Assembly (NCBI GenBank): GCA_964623415.1
Contig: CAZUUH010000001.1
Coordinates: 1,305 to 65,304 of the forward strand
DNA: 64,000 nucleotides
Direction of reading: 5' to 3'
Source: an uncultured Candidatus Saccharibacteria bacterium
GTDB taxonomy: Bacteria > Patescibacteriota > Minisyncoccia > Phycocordibacterales > UBA9973
The notes under the pieces are model-generated. The model did not search any database, had not been told where the DNA came from, and was given only the letters and a program-made list of their open reading frames with translations. Made by a program: the position numbers and the translations under genes. This document shows positions 38,200-48,157 of the stretch, one piece after another (the stretch's first letter is position 1; each line of letters opens with the position of its first letter).

Positions 38200-39051
38200 A
38201 TGTTTAAGCTAAATGAAGGTAAAATAAAAGAACTAGAAAAAACTGCAAATAACATCAGGAAAAATATCATAAAGATGTTATCTTTAGCTAAAAGTGGCCA
38301 TACAGCTGGAGCACTTGGAATGGCTGATATTTTCACTTTTTTATATTTTTATGCTTTAAAACATGACCCCAACAATCCAAATCTTAAAAATAAAGACCAT
38401 TTAGTTTTATCAAATGGTCACATTTGCCCAGTTCTATATGCAACAATGGCAGAGGCTCAATATTTTAATAAAAATGAACTATTTAATTTAAGAAAATTTG
38501 GTTCTATGTTACAAGGTCATCCCCACAGAGAATTCATGCCAATTATTGAGACATCTTCTGGTCCACTAGGGGAGGGATTATCACAAGCAATAGGAATAGC
38601 TCTTGCTTTAAAGATTGACAATAAGGATATGGGAGATGGTAATAACATTTTTTGTATTTCAAGTGATGGAGAATTAAATGAAGGCCAAACTTGGGAAGCA
38701 GTAATGCTTGCTGCAAAAGAAAAACTAAATAAATTGATATTGATAATCGACAGAAATAATATCCAAATAGAAGGGAACACAGAAGAAATTATGCCTCTTG
38801 AAAATTTAAAAAATAAATTTGAGTCTTTCAACTGGTTTGTAAAAGAGATTAATGGGCATGATTTTAACGAAATGAATGAAGCTATAATTAAAGCACAAGA
38901 AAATACAAATAAGCCATCCGTAATCATCGCACACACAACACCATCTAAGGGAATCAAAAAATGGGAGAATGATTATCGTTGGCATGGCAAAACTCCTAAT
39001 CAAAAAGAAGCAGAAGAGGCAATTATAGAATTAAATAAATTATATGCTTAA
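38200..39051 (+). CDS. Transketolase, N-terminal subunit
   Basis: SGHTAG, LSNGH, LQGHP, SDGELNEG TPP-binding motif, WHGK. Confidence 0.92.
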   Translation: MFKLNEGKIKELEKTANNIRKNIIKMLSLAKSGHTAGALGMADIFTFLYFYALKHDPNNPNLKNKDHLVLSNGHICPVLYATMAEAQYFNKNELFNLRKFGSMLQGHPHREFMPIIETSSGPLGEGLSQAIGIALALKIDNKDMGDGNNIFCISSDGELNEGQTWEAVMLAAKEKLNKLILIIDRNNIQIEGNTEEIMPLENLKNKFESFNWFVKEINGHDFNEMNEAIIKAQENTNKPSVIIAHTTPSKGIKKWENDYRWHGKTPNQKEAEEAIIELNKLYA

Positions 39052-40042
39052 TCAATCATTAAAATTAAATACAAAAATTTTTAACAATGATGTAGAGAAA
39101 GGTCATACACGCCTAGGGTTCGGTGAGGGTTTATTACAAGCTGGAATGATTGATCAAAATATTGTTGCTTTATGTGCAGACTTAACAGAATCAACTAAAA
39201 CAAATCTATTTGCTGAAAAATTTCCTGAAAGATTTATACAAGTAGGAATAGCAGAACAAAATATGGCTTCTGTTGCAAGCGGTATGGCATCTTTAGGAAA
39301 AATACCTTTTATAGTTTCTTATGGAATATTCAACCCAGGACGTAATTGGGAACAAATAAGAACCAATATTTGTTACAACAATCAAAATGTTAAAATTATT
39401 GGCTCTCATGGTGGTTTATCTGTCGGAGAGGATGGTGGAAGTCACCAAATGCTTGAAGACATAGCAATAACAAAAGCAATACCAAACATTATAGTTATTT
39501 CTCCTTGTGATAAAATAGAAGCTAAAAAAGCAACTCTTGCAATCTCAAAAAACGAAAAGCCTACATATATGCGTTTAGCTAGAAATAGCACCCCTGTAAT
39601 AACAAGCGAAGAAACCCCATTTGAAATAGGAAAAGCGCAAATAGTTTTTGAGCCAGAACTTGGTCTTGCTCGTGTAGGAATAATAGCAACAGGACCAATA
39701 CTTTATAAAGCAATAATTTCTGCTCGTGAACTTGAAAAAAGAGGAGTGAAAACAAAAGTAATGAATTTATCAACAATAAAACCTCTAGATGAGAATGCAA
39801 TTATATCACTAGCAAAAGAAGTAAAGTGTCTAGTTACAGTAGAAGACCATCAGATAAATGGAGGAATGGGTGGTAGCGTATCTCAATTACTTTCAAAGAA
39901 TTATCCAATACCAATTGAATTTATTGGAGTAGATGATCAATTTGGACAATCAGGAACTCCAGAAGAACTAGAAAAACACTATCATATTGATACAATAGAC
40001 ATTATAGAAAAAGTAGAAAAGGTTATTAAAAGAAAATTATAA
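39044..40042 (+). CDS. Transketolase, C-terminal subunit
   Basis: GIAEQNM, GEDGGSHQ, TIKPLD, FGQSG. Confidence 0.92.
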   Translation: MLNQSLKLNTKIFNNDVEKGHTRLGFGEGLLQAGMIDQNIVALCADLTESTKTNLFAEKFPERFIQVGIAEQNMASVASGMASLGKIPFIVSYGIFNPGRNWEQIRTNICYNNQNVKIIGSHGGLSVGEDGGSHQMLEDIAITKAIPNIIVISPCDKIEAKKATLAISKNEKPTYMRLARNSTPVITSEETPFEIGKAQIVFEPELGLARVGIIATGPILYKAIISARELEKRGVKTKVMNLSTIKPLDENAIISLAKEVKCLVTVEDHQINGGMGGSVSQLLSKNYPIPIEFIGVDDQFGQSGTPEELEKHYHIDTIDIIEKVEKVIKRKL

Positions 40043-41008
40043 TAATTTTTCTAATTCATCTTTTCTTAATAGACCATCATGCGGTCCAAGATAAGAAACA
40101 ACAGAAGATGCATTTATTGAACCATATTTTAATGCTGTTTTTATATCTTTTAAAGAATTTATAGCTACCATAAAAGCAGAAGAGAAGGCATCTCCGGCAC
40201 CAGTTGGTTCAACAAAAGATTTTGATTCCACTATTTTTTCAAAATATATTTCTTTACCATCATAAGCATAAGAACCATGTGAACCATTTGTTATAACCAC
40301 CATTTTAGGCCCTAGAGAATAAAGCATTTTGGCTAATTCATGAATATCAGATATTTCTGTATCTAAAATTGATTTTGCTTCTTTCATATTACAAAACAAT
40401 ATATCTGTTCTTTTATAAATTTGACTCAAAGCTTCTACTCCAATACGTATTTGAAAAGTTCCAGGCTGAAAAGCTAACTTGATATCCTTATTCTTTTCTA
40501 AGTAATTTAAAATCTGATTATGAAAATACAAAGAATCTTCGCCCAAAGAACTTAAATATACCCAAGAAGGTTTATACTTTTTTTCTAATTCTTCAGATAA
40601 ATTATATTTATATTTTTCATGCTTAACTAAAATAGTACGTTCATCCTTATACCAAAGAACATAATGGCAATTAGTTTTCATTAGATTTTCTTTATTCACC
40701 AAAGAAATATCAACATTTTCATTTTCTAATTTAGATATAGATAAATTACCGTTATCATCATTCCCAATGTTTGTAATTAGTGCTGTATTAAAACCTAAAC
40801 GACTAGTTCCAATTGCAAAATTAGGGCTATTGCCAACAGCATAACAAGTAGAAGATTCATCATAGGGTATCTTACCCCCATAATTTAGACATAGTTCACA
40901 ATGAGTGTTATCGCTATTACATAAAGTTTCAGCTTCAGATATTTTAATAAAAATATCGAGAGCAATATCACCAATTGCTAAAAAATCAATTTCTCTATTA
41001 TCATCCAT
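40037..41008 (-). CDS. PfkB family carbohydrate kinase
   Basis: IGNDDNG, VVITNGSHG, PTGAGDAF. Confidence 0.88.
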   Translation of the reverse strand: MDDNREIDFLAIGDIALDIFIKISEAETLCNSDNTHCELCLNYGGKIPYDESSTCYAVGNSPNFAIGTSRLGFNTALITNIGNDDNGNLSISKLENENVDISLVNKENLMKTNCHYVLWYKDERTILVKHEKYKYNLSEELEKKYKPSWVYLSSLGEDSLYFHNQILNYLEKNKDIKLAFQPGTFQIRIGVEALSQIYKRTDILFCNMKEAKSILDTEISDIHELAKMLYSLGPKMVVITNGSHGSYAYDGKEIYFEKIVESKSFVEPTGAGDAFSSAFMVAINSLKDIKTALKYGSINASSVVSYLGPHDGLLRKDELEKLL

Positions 41009-41076
41009 ATATTTATTGTATCATATTATGTTATAATTGTAAGAGTATTTATTAATATAATAAAAGATATTACAGA

Positions 41077-41934
41077 ATGAAAACATTAAGAGAATACATT
41101 AAAGAAGCTGAAGAAAAACATATTGCTATCGGACATTTCAATGTATCTAACATTGAAGGTTTACATGGTGTATACAATGCTGCTCGTAAATTATCATTAC
41201 CAATAATAATTGGTGTTTCAGAGGGAGAAGAAAATTTCATTGGTATGGAAGAAATAGCTTGTTTAGTTAAGACAATAAGAGAAAGAGATAACTACCCAAT
41301 ATTCTTAAATGCCGATCATCATTATAGTTTTGAATCTGTAAAAAAAGTAATAGACATTGGTTATGATTCTGCGATAATAGATGCAGTTAAACTTCCACTT
41401 GAAGAAAATATTTTACTTACAAAAAAATGTGTTGAATATGCAAGAAGTAAAGAAAAAGATATTTTAATAGAAGCAGAAATAGGTTTTATTGGTACTTCAT
41501 CTAAAATATTAGACGATATCCCAGATGGTGTTACGGAAAAAACTATAACTAAAAAAGAAGATGCCAAATATTTTATAGAAAATACTGGTATAGATTTACT
41601 TGCACCGTCTGTTGGTAATATTCATGGAATGATAAAAAATGGTAATCCTAAGTTAGATATAGAAAGAATCAAAGAAATAAGAAAAACATGTGGTGTACCT
41701 CTTGTTCTTCATGGAGGATCTGGTATCTCTGATGATGATTTTAAAAAAGCAATTGAAGCTGGAATTTCTATTATCCACATAAACACTGAAATTCGTGTTG
41801 CATACAAAGAAGCACTAGAGAAATTCTTAAAAGAAAATCCGAACGAAATTGCACCTTACAAAATATTAGAACCAGCTGTCTTAGCAATAGAAGAAGTAAC
41901 ACTAAAAAGACTAAAACTCTTTAATAACTTATAA
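41077..41934 (+). CDS. fba: Class II fructose-bisphosphate aldolase
   Basis: LNADH, EAEIG, SVGNIHG, PLVLHGGSG, INTE. Confidence 0.9.
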   Translation: MKTLREYIKEAEEKHIAIGHFNVSNIEGLHGVYNAARKLSLPIIIGVSEGEENFIGMEEIACLVKTIRERDNYPIFLNADHHYSFESVKKVIDIGYDSAIIDAVKLPLEENILLTKKCVEYARSKEKDILIEAEIGFIGTSSKILDDIPDGVTEKTITKKEDAKYFIENTGIDLLAPSVGNIHGMIKNGNPKLDIERIKEIRKTCGVPLVLHGGSGISDDDFKKAIEAGISIIHINTEIRVAYKEALEKFLKENPNEIAPYKILEPAVLAIEEVTLKRLKLFNNL

Positions 41935-41969
41935 AAATTAAAACCCCTTATTATAAGGGGTTTTAATTT
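41935..41969 (+). terminator. Terminator after fba
   Basis: AAATTAAAACCCCTTA-tta-TAAGGGGTTTTAATTT. Confidence 0.7.
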
Positions 41970-42003
41970 GCAAATATATACTTTTTATGTTATTATTTTA
42001 CTT

Positions 42004-42660
42004 ATGAATATATTAACCGCAACAAAACGAGGTAAGGCAGATAAGCTAGATGCTATACGATCTAACGGTATGGTTCCAGCTGTCGTCTATGGCGTTCGTG
42101 TGGAAAACACCATGCTTTCCGTACCAGCCATCAATTTCGAAAAAATATTTAACATAGCTGGTGAGACAAGTGCAATCGTACTTGAAATTAAAGATGAAAA
42201 GGGGAGTTCTAAAAAAGTTGATGTTCTAATCCATGATGTCCAACTTGACCCATTAAAAAGTAATCCAATACACATAGACTTTTTGGCTATCGATATGAAC
42301 AAGAAAGTTACAGTCAATATTCCTATTGAGTTTATAGGAATAGCTCCAGCTGAAAAAGATGGTTTAGGTAATTTGGTTAAAGCTCTTTATGAAATTGAGA
42401 TTGAAGCACTTCCAAAAGATATACCTCATAATATAGAAGTTAATTTATCTTCTCTTACAACTCTTGATTCACAAATACGTGTTTGTGATATAAAACTTCC
42501 TAATGGAATAGAGGTACTAACAGACAAAGAAGAAGTATTGGCTTCCATAACTACAATAAAAGAAGAAATTGAAGAAACACCAGTTGATTTATCTTCAATA
42601 GAAGTTGAAAAGAAAGGAAAGAAAGAGGAGGAAGGTGAGTCTAAAGAAGAATCTAAATAA
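42004..42660 (+). CDS. rplY: 50S ribosomal protein L25/CTC
   Basis: VPAVVYG, DVQLDP..PIHIDF, acidic tail; start trimmed to ATG 42004. Confidence 0.93.
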   Translation: MNILTATKRGKADKLDAIRSNGMVPAVVYGVRVENTMLSVPAINFEKIFNIAGETSAIVLEIKDEKGSSKKVDVLIHDVQLDPLKSNPIHIDFLAIDMNKKVTVNIPIEFIGIAPAEKDGLGNLVKALYEIEIEALPKDIPHNIEVNLSSLTTLDSQIRVCDIKLPNGIEVLTDKEEVLASITTIKEEIEETPVDLSSIEVEKKGKKEEEGESKEESK

Positions 42661-42674
42661 CATTATACTACTAC

Positions 42675-42718
42675 ATATAAAAACATCTTAGTGTGAATAT
42701 ACTAAGATGTTTTTATAT
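42675..42718 (+). terminator. Terminator after rplY
   Basis: ATATAAAAACATCTTAGT-N8-ACTAAGATGTTTTTATAT. Confidence 0.6.
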
Positions 42719-42734
42719 GATACAATAATTCAGT

Positions 42735-44144
42735 ATGGTTTTTAAATTTAAAAAATACAGCTTATTACCAGCCTCTATATTAACTATATTTAGTATAGTT
42801 TGTATAAATTTTATTCCTAATAAATACGCAATAGCTCTAGATTGTACAAATCCAGAATATGCAAAATCTAATGAATCATATTGTCGTAATCAGCTAAACC
42901 AATACTTAGAAGAAGAAGCTAGGTTGTTAAAAGAATTAGAACAACAAAGTAAAAAAAGTGCGAACTATGCATCTGAAGTTAAAAGACTAACAACAGAGAT
43001 AAATGCACTTAAAACAAAAATTAAAGCACGTGAAAATTCTATTGCTTTGCTTAAGAACGACATCAATACCAAAAAATCTACAATAAATACACTCACAAGT
43101 AAGATCGATAGAGAAAAACAATCACTTGCTCAATTAATCAGAAAAGAAAGACAAATTGATAATATATCAATAGTGTCTTTGATTTTATCTAATGATAATA
43201 TCTCTGATATATATGGAGACTTAAGCACCTTTTCTTCTATTAAAGAGGGTATACAAGAATCTATTGATAAAATAAATGGTACAAAACGTTTAACAGAAGC
43301 AGAAAAAATTGAATTAGAAAAAAAGCGAGACGAAGAAACAAATGCTAAATATGAACTAGAAAGTACCCAAAAAAGGACAGTACAAGTTGAAGGTGATAAG
43401 AAAAGGCTTTTAGCCGAATCTAAAAACCAAGAAACAGCTCTCGCTAAAATTGCTGCTGAGAAAAAAGTTCAAGCCGAAAAAATAAGAACTGCGTTAATTA
43501 AATTTCAAGGTAGTGGTATTTCAAGTAAATCAATATCTTTTGGTGAAGCGTATGATTATGCGAAAAAAGCTTCTGCAAAAACAGGAGTTCGAGCAGCTCT
43601 TATCCTTGCTATAATGCAACAAGAAACTGGTTTTGGAAATAATGTTGGTGGATGTTATGTCACAGATTTAGCAACAGGAGATGGAAAGGGTATCCAATCT
43701 GGTGCATCCTATGAAAAAGTTATGGGGATTGGAAGTTTGAGTATTTTTAAACGTATTACAGAAGAGCTTAGTTTAAATTGGAATACAACACCTGTATCTT
43801 GCCCAATAGATATTAAAGGTTATGGTACCGCTACAAAATATTATCCTGGACGTGGGTACGGAGGAGCTATGGGTTATACGCAATTCATTCCAAGTACATG
43901 GGTATTAGTTGAAGATAGAGTTGAGTCATATTTAGGAACAAAAATAGCAAACCCATGGAATCCAAGTAATGCTGTTATGGCAACAGCTGTATTCTTACAA
44001 GACCTAGGAGCTGGAGCTCAAACATATACAGCTGAATATAATTCGGCTTGTAGATACTATGGTTCCTGTTCTAGTTATGCAAGTTCTGTAATGAAAAAGG
44101 CTTCTCTAATACAACTTGATATAAATAAACTAGAAGACTTATAG
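42735..44144 (+). CDS. Secreted coiled-coil lytic murein transglycosylase (lysozyme-like fold)
   Basis: Signal peptide, coiled coil, ILAIMQQETGFG (catalytic Glu), GAMGYTQFIPSTW, NPW. Confidence 0.8.
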   Translation: MVFKFKKYSLLPASILTIFSIVCINFIPNKYAIALDCTNPEYAKSNESYCRNQLNQYLEEEARLLKELEQQSKKSANYASEVKRLTTEINALKTKIKARENSIALLKNDINTKKSTINTLTSKIDREKQSLAQLIRKERQIDNISIVSLILSNDNISDIYGDLSTFSSIKEGIQESIDKINGTKRLTEAEKIELEKKRDEETNAKYELESTQKRTVQVEGDKKRLLAESKNQETALAKIAAEKKVQAEKIRTALIKFQGSGISSKSISFGEAYDYAKKASAKTGVRAALILAIMQQETGFGNNVGGCYVTDLATGDGKGIQSGASYEKVMGIGSLSIFKRITEELSLNWNTTPVSCPIDIKGYGTATKYYPGRGYGGAMGYTQFIPSTWVLVEDRVESYLGTKIANPWNPSNAVMATAVFLQDLGAGAQTYTAEYNSACRYYGSCSSYASSVMKKASLIQLDINKLEDL

Positions 44145-44195
44145 AATTATAAACTATTGCAAAACTTATAAAATAATGATATCATCACATAACGT

Positions 44196-44420
44196 ATGAA
44201 GAAAGATATACACCCAAAATTTAACGATAAAGCAAAAGCAAACTGTGCATGTGGAGCTTCTTTTACAATAGGTTCAACAATGGATGAAATAAACGTTGAA
44301 ATCTGTAGTCAGTGTCATCCTTTTTACACAGGGAATGAAAAGGTGTTAGACACAGCAGGACGTGTAGACCGCTTCAAGAAACGTGTTGCTTCTGCAAAAA
44401 ATACAAAATCTAAGAAATAA
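44196..44420 (+). CDS. rpmE: 50S ribosomal protein L31
   Basis: MKKDIHP, CACG, CSQCHPFYTG, GRVDRF. Confidence 0.97.
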   Translation: MKKDIHPKFNDKAKANCACGASFTIGSTMDEINVEICSQCHPFYTGNEKVLDTAGRVDRFKKRVASAKNTKSKK

Positions 44421-44428
44421 ATAATATT

Positions 44429-44480
44429 AAAAAATCAGCGGTTCTAACCTCCAAAAGAGGTGCAACCACTGATTTTTTTT
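44429..44480 (+). terminator. Terminator after rpmE
   Basis: AAAAAATCAGCGGTT...AACCACTGATTTTTTTT. Confidence 0.6.
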
Positions 44481-44496
44481 ATGTTATAATAAAACT

Positions 44497-45477
44497 ATGA
44501 ACATAGAGGATCTAGAACAGCTTAAAAAAGACCACAAAACTAGTTATTTCGCTCTAGAATATGAGCGTCTTTTAAAAGAAGAAGAGAAGGTAAATGAAAT
44601 GGTCTCCCAAGATGAAAGTCTAAAAGAACTCGCAGAAGAAGAGATACAAAATATTAAATTCCAAAAAGAAGCAATTGAAAGGCAATTAGAGGAAATAAAA
44701 AAAAGTGAAAAAGAAGAAGAAGAATTTCCTAATGAAATAATCTTAGAAGTTAGAGCTGGTGCTGGTGGCGACGAAGCATCACTTTTTGCATGGGAGCTTG
44801 CTCATATGTATGAAAGATATACGGAGAAAAAGAATTGGAGTTTTAAAACAATAGACATATCTAGTAACGAAGTTGGTGGTTACAAAGAAGCTTCTTTTGA
44901 AATAAAAGGTAAGGATGTTTATAGGTTACTAAGATACGAAACCGGAGTTCACAGAGTTCAGCGTATCCCTGCAACAGAAAAGAATGGCCGTATACATACA
45001 TCTACAGCATCAGTTGCAATTCTTCCACTAAGAAAAAAGACAAAAATAATTATAAACCCAGCAGACTTAGAAATGGAATATTCTCGTTCTGGAGGAGCTG
45101 GTGGTCAAAATGTAAACAAAGTGGAAACTGCAGTACGTTTAATCCACAAACCAACTGGTATAGATGTTCGTTGTACAACAGAAAGAAAACAGCTTGCTAA
45201 TCGCGAAAAAGCAATGGAAATTCTTATATCAAAATTGCAGTTATTAAAAGATGAAGAAGAGGCAAGTAAATATTCTGGAGAGAGAAAGAACCAAATAGGT
45301 ACAGCAGATAGGAGTGAGAAAATCCGTACATATAACTTTCCTCAAGATAGAATCACTGATCATAGGATAAAACAATCTTGGTCAAATATACCAAGTATAA
45401 TGGAGGGTAATATAGACAAGATGATAGATGCCCTTTCATCTGGGGTTATCGGTGAAGCAGAAGAACTTGAAGATTAA
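44497..45477 (+). CDS. prfA: Peptide chain release factor 1 (N-terminally shortened)
   Basis: RIPATE (PxT), [21 protein letters not shown]. Confidence 0.93.
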   Translation: MNIEDLEQLKKDHKTSYFALEYERLLKEEEKVNEMVSQDESLKELAEEEIQNIKFQKEAIERQLEEIKKSEKEEEEFPNEIILEVRAGAGGDEASLFAWELAHMYERYTEKKNWSFKTIDISSNEVGGYKEASFEIKGKDVYRLLRYETGVHRVQRIPATEKNGRIHTSTASVAILPLRKKTKIIINPADLEMEYSRSGGAGGQNVNKVETAVRLIHKPTGIDVRCTTERKQLANREKAMEILISKLQLLKDEEEASKYSGERKNQIGTADRSEKIRTYNFPQDRITDHRIKQSWSNIPSIMEGNIDKMIDALSSGVIGEAEELED

Positions 45478-45499
45478 GAGAAAGTGATAAAAAGAGCTA

Positions 45500-45528
45500 T
45501 TGCTTTATTTTTATATGTCTGTTATAGT
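45500..45528 (+). promoter_or_regulatory. Promoter of the RRM gene, implying a ~150-nt 5' UTR
   Basis: TTGCTT-17 bp-TATAGT with an extended -10 TG. Confidence 0.55.
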
Positions 45529-45682
45529 TCAGCCAGTAGTTTGCTTATGTTTTGGTATCTTTCATTCTTCGTGTTTAGAGCATTGAGGTATGTAAATGAA
45601 ATCAGCTTCGCGATTACATTTATAAGTTAGTTTTTTCAAGTGGTAAATATGAAAGTATTTCCATAAGAATACATTGTCATAT

Positions 45683-45943
45683 ATGGCAAAAAAGTTATAT
45701 GTTGGTGGTCTTCCTTACAAGACTTCTAACGATGAGTTAAAAGCTCATTTTAGTGCAGCAGGGGAAGTTTCCTCAGCAACAATTATTATGGATAAGATGA
45801 CTGGTCGCTCAAAGGGCTTTGGCTTCGTAGAAATGGAAAACGATGCTGATGCAGATACAGCTATCTCAATGTTTGATGGTAAAGACTTCGAAGGAAGAAA
45901 CCTTACAGTCAATGAAGCTCGTCCAATGGAACCAAGAAAATAA
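45683..45943 (+). CDS. RRM-domain RNA-binding protein
   Basis: KLYVGGL (RNP2), RSKGFGFVEM (RNP1), LTVNEARP. Confidence 0.93.
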   Translation: MAKKLYVGGLPYKTSNDELKAHFSAAGEVSSATIIMDKMTGRSKGFGFVEMENDADADTAISMFDGKDFEGRNLTVNEARPMEPRK

Positions 45944-45953
45944 TACATTTTCT

Positions 45954-45988
45954 ATTAAAACCCTCTGATTATATCAGGGGGTTTTAAT
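45954..45988 (+). terminator. Terminator after the RRM gene
   Basis: ATTAAAACCCTCTGAT-tat-ATCAGGGGGTTTTAAT. Confidence 0.7.
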
Positions 45989-46048
45989 TTTTATTCAGTT
46001 TGCAACATAAAGGTTTTTTTGTTACAATATCTATTAGTTTCTTATTCT

Positions 46049-46120
46049 GCGTGTGTAGTTCAGTGGTAGAACGCTGTCCTGATAAGACAGAGGTCCTTGG
46101 TCCGATTCCAAGCACACGCA
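46049..46120 (+). tRNA. tRNA-Ile (anticodon GAT), CCA not encoded
   Basis: GCGTGTG/CACACGC acceptor stem, CTGTC-CTGATAA-GACAG anticodon arm, CTTGG-TCCGATT-CCAAG T arm. Confidence 0.93.
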
Positions 46121-46146
46121 CAAGGCTTTATAGGCCTTTTAACATT

Positions 46147-46395
46147 ATGAATAAAAAAAATAAAACTCCATGGTGGAGAGATGGAGTTATAATTTTTGTT
46201 AAAGTTTCAAGTTATATTGCAATCCCAATAGTTATAGCATCAATAGTTGGTAATAAACTTGATCAAAAATATAATTCTGGTAATTTACTTTTTTTAACAT
46301 TCATAGGATTCGCGTTTATTTCAACTATCTATTTAATCTGGAAAGAAATGAAAATTTACAAAAAGAAAATAGATAAAGAAGAGTCTCAAAAATAA
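46147..46395 (+). CDS. AtpZ/AtpI-like small membrane protein
   Basis: Two TM segments around IVGNKLDQKY; first gene of the atp operon; start moved past the tRNA. Confidence 0.75.
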   Translation: MNKKNKTPWWRDGVIIFVKVSSYIAIPIVIASIVGNKLDQKYNSGNLLFLTFIGFAFISTIYLIWKEMKIYKKKIDKEESQK

Positions 46396-46399
46396 AAAT

Positions 46400-47299
46400 A
46401 TGAAATCTGAAATTAGAGAAGAAAATAATCTACAATCAAACGAAAATAGTTTAAACATAGAATCTGAAATAGGGAATATTACTCACAATGAAGAAATTAT
46501 GCATGAATCAACATTGTATGCTGAGCCAATATTCCATATAGGAGATTTTACTGTTACAAATGCACTATTTACAAGCTGGATAGTTGTATTTATTTTAATA
46601 ATATTCTCCATAATTTTAAAAATTAAAATTAAAAAAATTCCAAATGGAATACAAAATTTTTTTGAAATAGTTATTGAGGGGGCAGTATCTCTTTGTGATC
46701 AGATAACAAATAATAGAAAAATAACAGAAAGAGCTTTTCCTATAGTAATGGCTGTATTTTTATTTGTCCTACTCAACAATTGGATCGGAATATTACCATT
46801 CTCTGGATTGGGTCTTATTGAAACAACAGAACATGGAAAGGTATTTATCCCAATAATAAGATCCGGAACCGCTGATATAAACGGTACATTACCACTTGCA
46901 ATTCTTTCAGTTTTAGGTGCAAATATTTTTGGAGCTATCAGTATAGGGCTCTGGAAAACCATTAATAAATATGTTAATCTAAGTGCACTTGGTAGTATTT
47001 TTACCAAGATTAAAAAAGATCCAACTATTTTAATGACAGCACCTATATTATTTGCTGTAGGGGTAATAGAATTTATTGGAGAATTCGCTAAGATAGCTTC
47101 TCTTTCTTTTCGTTTATTTGGAAATGTCTTTGCAGGAGAAGTCTTACTTGCCTCAATGGGTGCAATAATGGCTTATATGTTACCAACTCCATTTTTACTT
47201 CTTGAAGTTTTTGTAGGGTTAATACAAGCTTTTATTTTTGCAATGTTGACATTGGTATATTACACAATATCAAGTATGGATCACGAAGAAGAGCATTAA
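46400..47299 (+). CDS. atpB: ATP synthase subunit a
   Basis: NNWIGILP, TADIN, SLSFRLFGNVFAGE, GLIQAFIF. Confidence 0.96.
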   Translation: MKSEIREENNLQSNENSLNIESEIGNITHNEEIMHESTLYAEPIFHIGDFTVTNALFTSWIVVFILIIFSIILKIKIKKIPNGIQNFFEIVIEGAVSLCDQITNNRKITERAFPIVMAVFLFVLLNNWIGILPFSGLGLIETTEHGKVFIPIIRSGTADINGTLPLAILSVLGANIFGAISIGLWKTINKYVNLSALGSIFTKIKKDPTILMTAPILFAVGVIEFIGEFAKIASLSFRLFGNVFAGEVLLASMGAIMAYMLPTPFLLLEVFVGLIQAFIFAMLTLVYYTISSMDHEEEH

Positions 47300-47341
47300 A
47301 ATAAATTTGATTTTAATAATAAAGAGGTCAATCATTATTAG

Positions 47342-47572
<231 letters not shown>

Positions 47573-47586
47573 TTTACTATTTACAT

Positions 47587-47616
47587 CTGAATATTTGTTC
47601 TATCTCAAATATTCAG
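47587..47616 (+). other. Intercistronic hairpin after atpE (possible mRNA stabiliser)
   Basis: CTGAATATTTG-N8-CAAATATTCAG, no T tract. Confidence 0.5.
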
Positions 47617-47661
47617 GAGTAAGGAGTAAAACCCTTATTAATAAAATATTTAAAATAATTT

Positions 47662-48153
47662 ATGGATTCATTTATAGAAACATTTCACATAGACTGGAAA
47701 ACAATAATCGCACAAGCAATAAACTTTATTATTGTATTGTTTGTTTTAAATTTTTTAGCGATAAAACCTTTAAAGAAAATGATGAATGAAAGGACAAATA
47801 ATATTGAAAAAGGGTTAAATGATGCAAAGAAAAATTCTGAAATATTAAAAAATACAGAGAATGAATATAATGAAGCTATTCTTAAGGCAAAAAAAGAAGC
47901 TCAAATAATATTTGAAGATGGAAAGAAGGATGCTTTAGACAAAAAAACAGAAATGCTAAATCAGGCAAAGATAGAGGTTGAAAATATGATTTTAAATGGT
48001 AAAAAAGTATTAGAATCCGAAAAAATAAAAATTCTAGATGAGGCAAAAAAAGAAATAGTAAGCTTAGTTGTAAAATCAACAGAAAAAATTCTTGAATCAA
48101 AAGAAGAAGAGGGTTTGAATAATAATATAATTTCAAAAATAAAGAAAATATAA
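47662..48153 (+). CDS. atpF: ATP synthase subunit b
   Basis: QAINFIIVLFVL..KPL...ER, then coiled coil; operon position. Confidence 0.93.
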   Translation: MDSFIETFHIDWKTIIAQAINFIIVLFVLNFLAIKPLKKMMNERTNNIEKGLNDAKKNSEILKNTENEYNEAILKAKKEAQIIFEDGKKDALDKKTEMLNQAKIEVENMILNGKKVLESEKIKILDEAKKEIVSLVVKSTEKILESKEEEGLNNNIISKIKKI

Positions 48154-48157
48154 ATAT

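Noticed and set aside
46000-46146. N-terminal part of the 131-aa ORF in the track
   Set aside because: It overlaps tRNA-Ile; the real gene most likely starts at 46147.
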